Positions 23,103 through 30,360 of a DNA stretch of 64,000 nucleotides are shown here, piece after piece; within the stretch, counting starts at the first letter, position 1, and the number at the start of each line of letters is the position of its first letter. The notes under the pieces were generated by a model. The model did no database searches. It saw nothing but the letters and a program-made list of their open reading frames with translations, and had not been told where the DNA came from. The DNA is from Roseibacillus sp. GTDB lineage: Bacteria > Verrucomicrobiota > Verrucomicrobiia > Verrucomicrobiales > Akkermansiaceae. A program made the translations under genes and the position numbers. Location of the stretch: contig CBDEUM010000038.1 in the NCBI GenBank assembly GCA_965242925.1, positions 64,001-128,000 on the forward strand, read 5' to 3'.

Positions 23103-24517
23103 TCACCCCGGAAATCGTAACAGATGATGCGTGGCGGAGCCCGGGTGAGCAAGTCGGGTTCGTTCTGGGAGATGTAGAGCAGTCCCTTGTGGAGGGTGGG
23201 GAGGGTCCAGCTGGAGCGGGCGGCAAAGAGGCGGACCTTCTGGAGGATTTCCGCGCCCTTGGGAGTGACCTTCAGTTCGGCCAGCACGCCGTCCTCCCCC
23301 AGGCAGAAGACCCGTCCGTCGGCCTGCAGGAGACTGCCGCGGAAGAGCCCGTGGGTGCGTCCGGCCTCCTGCCATTGCATGTCCTCTTCCCAGAGGATCT
23401 TGCCGGTGGCGGCATGGGCACACTTGAACTGGGTGTCCGGGATATTGCGTCCGGCGAAACCGTAGAGATGACCATCGATCTGGAGGGGCATCATCCAGTG
23501 CATGCCGAACCAGCGTTCCTTCCACACCACCTTCGACTTGAGGTTCTTGTCATACTCGAGAACTACCCCACCCACTCCATAGCAGTCACCGAGGTAGATG
23601 CGCCTGTCGCTGAGGATGAGGGGAGAGGAGGCCAGAACGGATTCGTGTTTGTCGGCCCGCCAGGGAAAGCGGTCGTAGACCTTGCCGGACTTGACATCGA
23701 TGACGAGAAGGCCGCCGTGTGGCGGACGGCTTTCGCCCGCGGCGGCCACCACCGCGCAGTCGACACCCTGCAGTTTGGTGATGGTGGGGGAGGCGTAGCT
23801 TGCGCCCCACGAATCCTTCACTTCCCAGAGGGTGCTGCCGTCCTTCACGGAGAGGGCTGCCACACAGACACCCGGTTCCTCCCCGGCCGCCCGGCCGCCT
23901 ACGTTGAGGATTATGCGGTCCTGCCAGACGGGACTGGGACTTGGCCCGTAACCGAAGAAGTAGGTGGGAATATTGTAATCTTTCTGCAGGTTACGCTTCC
24001 AGAGGACGGCTCCTGTCTCCAAGTCGAGACAGTGGAACATCCCGGTGATCCCGGTGACATAGACCCGTCCCTGATGCACTACTGGACTGGAGCGGGGTCC
24101 GGGACTGAAATTGTAGCGGTCGCGGTAGGTGACGGGATACTTCACGCGCCAGTGACGCTTGCCGGTGTCCGGATCAAGGCAGTCGATGGCCTCCTCCCCT
24201 GTGCCGGTGAGCGTGCTGTGATTGAGGCGATGGAAGTAGATCAGTTTTCCCCCGGCAAGGAGGGGGCTGGAATACCCCTCACCGGTTTCCAGTTCCCAGA
24301 CTTTCCTGGGTCCGCCCGCCGGCCATTTGCTCAGGAGCTTGGTTTCCCTGGAGGTGGCGTTGTGACGGTCTCCCAGGAAACGGGGCCAGTCCTCGACCAC
24401 CGCTCCCCCGGCGAGGGGCTTGGGGGCGGTATGGAAGGTCAGTTTCAGTTCCTGACCGGGACCGGGAAGCGTGCTGAGAAGAAGGACAAGCGAGGCGACG
24501 AGGATGGTTGGATTCAT
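23099..24517 (-). CDS. Secreted PQQ-like/BamB-like beta-propeller protein
   Basis: Signal peptide MNPTILVASLVLLL; DWPRFLG, GYSSP, CLDPDTGKRHW and CLDLETGAVLW blade repeats; track start at 24673 abuts the tRNA so ATG at 24517 preferred. Confidence 0.8.
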   Translation of the reverse strand: MNPTILVASLVLLLSTLPGPGQELKLTFHTAPKPLAGGAVVEDWPRFLGDRHNATSRETKLLSKWPAGGPRKVWELETGEGYSSPLLAGGKLIYFHRLNHSTLTGTGEEAIDCLDPDTGKRHWRVKYPVTYRDRYNFSPGPRSSPVVHQGRVYVTGITGMFHCLDLETGAVLWKRNLQKDYNIPTYFFGYGPSPSPVWQDRIILNVGGRAAGEEPGVCVAALSVKDGSTLWEVKDSWGASYASPTITKLQGVDCAVVAAAGESRPPHGGLLVIDVKSGKVYDRFPWRADKHESVLASSPLILSDRRIYLGDCYGVGGVVLEYDKNLKSKVVWKERWFGMHWMMPLQIDGHLYGFAGRNIPDTQFKCAHAATGKILWEEDMQWQEAGRTHGLFRGSLLQADGRVFCLGEDGVLAELKVTPKGAEILQKVRLFAARSSWTLPTLHKGLLYISQNEPDLLTRAPPRIICYDFRGE

Positions 24518-24673
24518 GGCGATTCGCTTGCGGTGAGGGTCCCACGATGGAAATACGGCGTCCAGACGTAATGAGGGGTCGCAGGGAAACTGTTGTTTCC
24601 TGATGAGGATTGGCTTGATTTTCGCTCGTTGCGCCCCTAAGCCTCCCGCCCACTGTGAAGGAAACCTCCTCAT

Positions 24674-24757
24674 GCTCGGGTGGCGGAATTGGTAGACGCG
24701 CTAGATTAAGGATCTAGTGGGGTAATACCCGTGGGGGTTCGAGTCCCCCCTCGAGCA
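24674..24757 (+). tRNA. tRNA-Leu, anticodon AAG; CCA not encoded
   Basis: Acceptor GCTCGGG/CTCGAGC plus discriminator A; D-arm GGCGGAATTGGTAGACGC; anticodon arm CTAGA-TTAAGGA-TCTAG; long variable arm; T-arm GGGGG-TTCGAGT-CCCCC. Confidence 0.95.
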
Positions 24758-24943
24758 CTTCCTTTTTTACAGGGCCAATCGGCCCTGGAGCGGTTATAGG
24801 AGCCGGGAGGAGAAAGAGGCTATTGCCCTTATACTACCCCTAAACGGCGGCTATACAGCCACAGAAAACCCCCGGAGCGCGGCGGGAAAAATCAATGGCA
24901 CCGTTGCCCCCTGCGCCTGGAGCGTGCTAGGAGTCGCGGTGCT

Positions 24944-26149
24944 ATGAAGATACTCGTCCTGCTGTTTGCCGCGCTACTGGTCGCGGGATGCGGTGAGAAG
25001 GAGCAACCCAAGGAGCAGGAAAAATCGGAGTCAAATCCGAAGGAGGAACCGAGTCCCGAGGCGAAGGCAGAGCCCAAACCGGAATCTGCGCCAGAATCGA
25101 GGGAACTTCCTCCGCTTCCCGAGACCGTGACCGCGGAATTCATCATGGGTCTGTGGGCCAAGCCGCATGACGGGACAGAGGTCATGGAGGAGTTGAAGGA
25201 TTTTGCACTCAAGCCGGGTATCTGGAAGGTCGTACGCAATATCGGTCCCAGCAAGGAAGAGCAGGTTCAACGCATCGAAGCCTCCGCCACATTGAAGTCG
25301 GTCGACCGGCGCTTTGTAGCGCAGGAATTTTCCCATGATGCCGGGGTCCAGTATTCGGTGATAACCTATGATTACGAAACGGAGAGCTATCGTTGGTGGG
25401 AGTTGCATCCGGATGGCTTCATCAATGAGTTTTCCGGAAAACGGTATTGGCGCAATCTGATGGAATGGAAATCGGTGAGGCTCCGTGAAGAGGACGTGCA
25501 GACGCGAATGCGTGAGACGGTCCGGGGGGAGAAATCATTCAAGGCAACCCTTGAGATCAAAAAGGGAGGAGAACTGGTGGCTTACGCTGAAGACGATGCG
25601 ACTTGGATCTCGGAGTTGGGGCCATCGGAGGAAGCCCAGCAGGAGGTTAAGCCTGAAGAACCCGTTGCTGAAACTAAACCTAAATCGACCTTAGTCGTGC
25701 ATGCACCCATTGAGACAGCTATTCGAAAAGTTCTTAATTACCCTAAAGGGAAACTGACCAAGCTAGACTTGAGGAAAGTGACAAAACTGGAAATCAATAA
25801 TAGGCAAATAACTGATTTGAAAGGGATTGAGAAGCTAGCAAATTTAAAAGAATTGGAGCTCAGGGACAGCGGGTTGACTGACGTTAAAAGCCTAGAGGAC
25901 CTAACCCAATTAGAAGTGCTGTTTCTAACTGAAAACAAACTGACCAATGTTAACTACATAGGAAATCTCAGGAATTTGAAAGTATTAGCTCTTGAAAACA
26001 ATGAGCTCACTGATGTGAAGGGGCTTGAGAAACTCACGAAGTTAGAGTGGCTTTATCTCGAAAATAATAATCTCACAAAGGTGCAAATTGCCGAGCTTCA
26101 AAAGGCTTTGCCAAATTGTAAAATCTACCCCAAAGCAAAATCTAAATAG
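24944..26149 (+). CDS. Mosaic lipoprotein: lipobox, unknown beta-rich domain, QQEVKPEEPVAETKPK linker, internalin-like LRR C-terminus
   Basis: MKILVLLFAALLVAGC lipobox; LxxLxLxxNxLTDV repeats; GC drops after about 25650. Confidence 0.8.
   Translation: MKILVLLFAALLVAGCGEKEQPKEQEKSESNPKEEPSPEAKAEPKPESAPESRELPPLPETVTAEFIMGLWAKPHDGTEVMEELKDFALKPGIWKVVRNIGPSKEEQVQRIEASATLKSVDRRFVAQEFSHDAGVQYSVITYDYETESYRWWELHPDGFINEFSGKRYWRNLMEWKSVRLREEDVQTRMRETVRGEKSFKATLEIKKGGELVAYAEDDATWISELGPSEEAQQEVKPEEPVAETKPKSTLVVHAPIETAIRKVLNYPKGKLTKLDLRKVTKLEINNRQITDLKGIEKLANLKELELRDSGLTDVKSLEDLTQLEVLFLTENKLTNVNYIGNLRNLKVLALENNELTDVKGLEKLTKLEWLYLENNNLTKVQIAELQKALPNCKIYPKAKSK
25637..25655 (+). repeat. 19-bp sequence CAGCAGGAGGTTAAGCCTG, copy 1 (inverted copy at 30143-30161)
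   Basis: Exact reverse-complement match read by eye. Confidence 0.9.
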
Positions 26150-26152
26150 GTA

Positions 26153-26333
26153 TTCCAATTACTCCTACAAAGACGGCATGCCAGATGGCCCCTGGACGGG
26201 GTGGGACGAGAACGGACAGAAGCAGTCCGAAGGAACCCACAAAGACGGCGAAGAGGTTTCCGCGAAATACTGGAACAGCAAAGGCGAAGAGGTTCGTTCA
26301 CATGATGAAACGTTCGAAGAGGCAGACGAGTAA
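26153..26333 (+). pseudogene. Orphan C-terminal fragment of a MORN-variant (YwqK-like) repeat protein
   Basis: YKDGMPDGPWTGWDENGQKQSEGTHKDGEEVSAKYWNSKGEEV; no credible start; begins right after the LRR gene stop. Confidence 0.75.
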
Positions 26334-26397
26334 CACCCCCGCTCCCTCAATCACGGGGCAGCAAACAGGGTGCGGTGCACGGGTTAAGGGTGCGGGG

Positions 26398-26610
26398 CTA
26401 CTGCACGCTAAAGCGGAAGAAGGCGGCGTTGTCGGTAGGCGCAAATTCCAGGCAGATGCTGCCGTCGACCACCGATAGCGATTCAGGGTTCACGGTGAGG
26501 GGTGCAAAGGTTTGCAGGTTAGCCGACTCAAAGAGGTTGAACTCCATTTGCACGTTTCCTGCCTCGTTCAAACCAATCGTGTAATCCGCTGACAGGGCAC
26601 GGATCTGGTC
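26398..26610 (-). pseudogene. Orphan 70-codon C-terminal domain, similar to the C-terminus of 30361..32292
   Basis: Hand translation DQIRALSADYTIGLNEAGNVQMEFNLFESANLQTFAPLTVNPESLSVVDGSICLEFAPTDNAAFFRFSVQ*; in-frame TAG upstream at the IS junction; absent from the ORF track. Confidence 0.75.
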
Positions 26611-26782
26611 CTAGATGAATCGGGCGTCGTGATCGAGGAATGGCGACGCTTTTACAACCGGGTCCACCCTCACAGCGGAATGGTCTTCCAAAGCCCGGAG
26701 GCCTTTGTCAGAACCATGACGCAACTAGAACCAGTCCCCGGAACCTAACATTCAAATTGGCCCAGAAAGAGTGTCCCGATCA
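26611..26782 (+). mobile_element. IS3-family remnant: transposase C-terminus and right end
   Basis: LDESGVVIEEWRRFYNRVHPHSGMVFQSPEAF matches the IS3 integrase tail (WR..YN..RPHS.L...P); followed by an end sequence finishing ...GATCA. Confidence 0.8.
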
Positions 26783-26817
26783 AGAGGTCGGCTCATGGCA
26801 TAGCTAAAACGTTAGCT
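26783..26817 (+). other. Right half of an integron attC site, truncated by the IS3 end
   Basis: L' GCATAGC, 6-nt spacer TAAAAC, R' GTTAGCT; same layout as 27985-28004; 25 nt before the next ATG. Confidence 0.6.
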
Positions 26818-26842
26818 GGAATAACTGAAATTGCCCTCGAGA

Positions 26843-27883
26843 ATGAAACCACCTGTATTCGCATTATTCTTAATACTATGGACGTCTTGTTTTGGCGCGC
26901 CGGATAAGGAATCCGCACCAGATTCTGAGTTTTTCACCCTGATCGTTCTGCCTGACACTCAAGGTTATGCTGACATCAGGCATAAGGAGACACAGAAGCA
27001 CTGGCCGGGCATTGGTGATCAGCGTTCCTGTTTCTATAAGCAGACTGAGTGGATCAAAGAAAACAGGCTGAAGCTGAATATCGTCATGGTGGCTCATGTT
27101 GGAGATATCACTCAGACAGATCACGATGAAGAATGGAAGATAGCCGATGCCGCTTTCAAGACCATTGATAACCACGTTCCCTACATATTGTGCGCGGGAA
27201 ATCATGACATGGGGTATTCACCGCAACATCGTAAGACAAGTCATTCGCGTGAAAGCCGTTTCAGCTCCTACTTCAAACCTTCGCGTTTCACAAAGAATCC
27301 TTTGTACGACTCGCATTTCGGCAGCGATAGGAATCTTCATTTTCGAGAAGAAGGGAAGATTGAAAACTACTACCTCTTTCTAAAAGCAGGAGGGATGAAG
27401 TTTCTCATTCTCACTCTGGAATTCAAACCTCGGGATGAAACCCTTGCGTGGGCGAATAAGGTTGTTGCGCAGAATCCTGATTACCGGACCATCATTGTCA
27501 CACATGGTTATCTAACGGGAAAAAAGGGACAACGGACAGGTGTTGACAGCTATTTGGTGAAAGGCAACTCAGGGAAATCAATCTGGGAGAAATTCATCAG
27601 CCATCACAAGAACATCTTTCTGGTTCTTTCAGGACATGCCCTGGAGAATTTGCTGACCAGCAAAGGCAAGAATGGAAATACGGTGCACCAGGCTCAGGCC
27701 GATTACTGGTATTGGGACATCCCTGAGATCAAGGCGGGGAGCGGTTTCTTGCGCATCATGACTTTCCGTCCTGACAAGAACACGATTGATGTTCAGACCT
27801 ATTCGCCTGTACTGGATAGATTCCTCACACGTCCCAAAAGCAATTTCTCGTTGGATTACCTCATGCAGGACAAGAAGAAATAG
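26843..27883 (+). CDS. Secreted calcineurin-like metallophosphoesterase
   Basis: Signal peptide MKPPVFALFLILW; LPDTQ, VGD, GNHD, THGY and SGH metal-binding motifs. Confidence 0.85.
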   Translation: MKPPVFALFLILWTSCFGAPDKESAPDSEFFTLIVLPDTQGYADIRHKETQKHWPGIGDQRSCFYKQTEWIKENRLKLNIVMVAHVGDITQTDHDEEWKIADAAFKTIDNHVPYILCAGNHDMGYSPQHRKTSHSRESRFSSYFKPSRFTKNPLYDSHFGSDRNLHFREEGKIENYYLFLKAGGMKFLILTLEFKPRDETLAWANKVVAQNPDYRTIIVTHGYLTGKKGQRTGVDSYLVKGNSGKSIWEKFISHHKNIFLVLSGHALENLLTSKGKNGNTVHQAQADYWYWDIPEIKAGSGFLRIMTFRPDKNTIDVQTYSPVLDRFLTRPKSNFSLDYLMQDKKK

Positions 27884-27947
27884 AGCCATTGGTAAAAACT
27901 GATGCTATTACTGACTGTGGATTTCTAACGAAAACTATGAAAATAGG

Positions 27948-28004
27948 ATCTGACAAGGAGCAGAAGGCGACGGACAAGGCCGCGCCTTAGCTTGAACGTT
28001 AGCT
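27948..28004 (+). other. Integron attC recombination site, 57 bp, slightly degenerate
   Basis: R'' ATCTGAC, 5 nt, L'' GCAGAAGG, stem CG(A)CGG-ACAAGG-CCGCG, L' CCTTAGC, 6 nt, R' GTTAGCT; two unpaired bases at the aadA-type positions. Confidence 0.75.
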
Positions 28005-28033
28005 AACAGCTAAGGCACCCAAGGAGATTCAAA

Positions 28034-28981
28034 ATGCCAATTATTCTACCACCGATCACTCGCCGTCAATTCGTTAAGGGCTCGCTCGCTCTTGGCGGCA
28101 CGGCAATGATGACGCCTTGCGCGTTGGCCGCCGCCGCGGATAGCGAACGTGTTGGGCTGGACCCAAACCGAGTTGCTTTGCTTGCGGACACGCACATCAG
28201 TGCCGATCCGGATCTTGTCTACCCGGGCACGAAGTGGCCTGGTTCGCCCGTCAAGGGGGGCGAGCATGAAAGCGTGCATATAGTAAAATGCCTTGTACAG
28301 TCGGCCAAGAGCGTAATCGCACTCAATCCTCGACCCTCTCATCTGATCGTCAACGGCGACTGCACCTTCGGCAGGGGTACTGAAGCCGAGTATAAACAGT
28401 TTCTCAAGCTTGTGGAGCCGATTCGTGCCGCGGGCATTACCATTCATGTGACAATCGGCAATCACGACAATCGTGGGAATTTGTGGAAATTACTCCCGTT
28501 CCTTAAGAAAGAGCACATGGGCGTTCAGGCGGGCGTGATTGAACTGCCGCACGCGAACCTCGTACTGTTGGACTCGGGAAATGGAGCCCTGGGAGACAAA
28601 CAGTTGAACTGGCTCGCCAAACAACTCGACGAAGGAGCGGATAAGCCAGCCCTTATCTTTAGTCACTACAACCCGTATAACAACCGCGGCGTGCGTCCCA
28701 TCAAGGGCATGCGTGATGGATCGTCTCTGTTGAAACTTCTTGCCGAACGAAAGCATGCCAAGGCCTATTTCTATGGGCACACGCATGAGTGGCAGCATGA
28801 TCGACTGGACCATCTCCATCTCATTAACCAACCGGCAGTCAGCTACTATTTCGGAAAAGGCCATGCGCATGGCTGGGTCGATATGAAGCTCACTAAAACT
28901 TCCGCTGACCTAGAGTTGCACTGCATCAACCGCACACACAAGCAGCACGGTGATCGGAGACAGGTCAGCTTGAAGGACTAG
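28034..28981 (+). CDS. Tat-exported Icc/CpdA-like metallophosphoesterase
   Basis: TRRQFVKG twin-arginine signal; ADTH, NGD, GNHD, SHY and GHTH motifs; SD AAGGAG. Confidence 0.85.
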   Translation: MPIILPPITRRQFVKGSLALGGTAMMTPCALAAAADSERVGLDPNRVALLADTHISADPDLVYPGTKWPGSPVKGGEHESVHIVKCLVQSAKSVIALNPRPSHLIVNGDCTFGRGTEAEYKQFLKLVEPIRAAGITIHVTIGNHDNRGNLWKLLPFLKKEHMGVQAGVIELPHANLVLLDSGNGALGDKQLNWLAKQLDEGADKPALIFSHYNPYNNRGVRPIKGMRDGSSLLKLLAERKHAKAYFYGHTHEWQHDRLDHLHLINQPAVSYYFGKGHAHGWVDMKLTKTSADLELHCINRTHKQHGDRRQVSLKD

Positions 28982-29068
28982 AAGACATAGAGTTAAATGC
29001 GCCGCCGCTACGCGTTGCTCTTGAGGGGCAGCGTGAACAAAGAATCTATCGAATAGAAGGAATTTAGA

Positions 29069-29884
29069 ATGAGAGCCATAAAATCATTATCCCTTGTTGT
29101 TACATGCTTGTGCGGAGCAACACTCTGTCTTTCCGCTCCAGTGCCTGACAAGCCCATTACGGTTCGTGTTGCTTCTTATAATGTTGAGTTCGGCAAAAGC
29201 GCGACCCCGGAACAAATTGGAGAGATGTTCAAGCCATACAAGCTGGATATCATCGGTTTTGACGAAGCTCCAGATGGTGATTGGACGGCTCGCGTCGGTA
29301 AGGTGCTGGGGATGCAATATAGTTTTGTGGGCAAGATCTCTTCGGCAAATCACAAGAATAAGTACAAGACGGTTCTCAGCAGGACACCGTTAGAAGGTGA
29401 TGAAGAACACAAACTCACGGGCCGGGGCTGGAATCCCGCGTCGGTTGTCAGAGCTGTGACTAAGATTGATGGAGTTTCATTCGCATTTTACTCACTGCAT
29501 ATCTGCAAGTCGGGCGCAAATGATGGCCATGCGCATAGCCTTGCGACCAAGGTTCTACCTGAGGAGGCAACTAAGAGGGTTATCGTCGTTGGGGATTACA
29601 ACAACAACATTGGCGACGCTGCCATGAAAACGGTCGAGGGGGCAGGATTTAGACCAACGTGGAACGATCTGAAGATTGATCTCTCCAAGGAGTTTACATA
29701 CAACGCCCAGAATCCCAAAAAGAATTTGGGTGTGATCGATCACATTTTGTACAACAACCTGTCTGGAGCCCAGGCAATAGCCGGAGGCATAATCGAACTA
29801 GAAAAGCCTTTGTCTGATCACAAACCAATCTGGGCGGAGATCGTATTCCCTCGAAAACTCAAGAAGGTGAAGGGCTCTGAATAG
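29069..29884 (+). CDS. Secreted endonuclease/exonuclease/phosphatase (EEP) family protein
   Basis: Signal peptide; ASYNV, DE, GDYN, IDHI and SDHKPI motifs. Confidence 0.85.
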   Translation: MRAIKSLSLVVTCLCGATLCLSAPVPDKPITVRVASYNVEFGKSATPEQIGEMFKPYKLDIIGFDEAPDGDWTARVGKVLGMQYSFVGKISSANHKNKYKTVLSRTPLEGDEEHKLTGRGWNPASVVRAVTKIDGVSFAFYSLHICKSGANDGHAHSLATKVLPEEATKRVIVVGDYNNNIGDAAMKTVEGAGFRPTWNDLKIDLSKEFTYNAQNPKKNLGVIDHILYNNLSGAQAIAGGIIELEKPLSDHKPIWAEIVFPRKLKKVKGSE

Positions 29885-29919
29885 ACGGGACGTTATTGAT
29901 TGCTAAGAATTTCCTTTCT

Positions 29920-30176
29920 GGGGCCGGTGCAGGCGTTGAAGGCAGCTGTTCCGATGCTGGTGACGCTATCGGGGTCGTGATGCTCGTCAGGCTGGTGCAT
30001 AGCAAGAAGGCCCCATCCCCGATGGTGGTGACCGATTTGCCTTCAATGAGCGCAGGAATCACCAACTTGCCCGATGCGTCTTCGTCACAGCCAGTGATAG
30101 TGACCGCATCACCTTCGGTCTGATACTTTAAATTGGGGTCAACAGGCTTAACCTCCTGCTGTTTTTCTTCGACGGC
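29920..30176 (-). pseudogene. Frameshifted BspA-type (LRR_5) fragment starting with the QQEVKP linker
   Basis: AVEEKQQEVKPVDPNLKYQTEGDAVTITGCDEDASGKLVIPALIEGKSVTTIGDGAFLLCTSLTSIT, then frame change to PDSVTSIGTAAFNACTG; no start codon. Confidence 0.8.
30143..30161 (-). repeat. 19-bp sequence, copy 2 (inverted relative to 25637-25655)
   Basis: + strand reads CAGGCTTAACCTCCTGCTG. Confidence 0.9.
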
Positions 30177-30360
30177 CTAGGGTGCGGTGCAGGCTGTAAG
30201 CTGCAAAGGTTCAGTTATCAGTGTTTCGGCTCCGTTGTCCAGTTCGCCGTGATGAGCCTGCTTGGAAAGGGCCTGGGCAGCCTTTTCGAGGCGCTCAAGG
30301 CGTTCGTGAAGGGCTTTGCCCTTTCCTTCTCTATCAGGTTTCTGATAGATCAGGAGTTAT

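Noticed and set aside
24701..24717. Reading the tRNA anticodon as TAA
   Set aside because: Needs a shifted loop; the canonical 5-bp stem and 7-nt loop with U33 and G37 give AAG.
26088..26333. 81-aa ORF as an intact toxin-antitoxin antitoxin gene
   Set aside because: Its start lies out of frame within the LRR gene; only the last 60 codons look MORN-like; no toxin partner.
29884..29900. GTTATTG after the EEP gene as a closing attC
   Set aside because: Does not match GTTRRRY and has no L boxes or stem.
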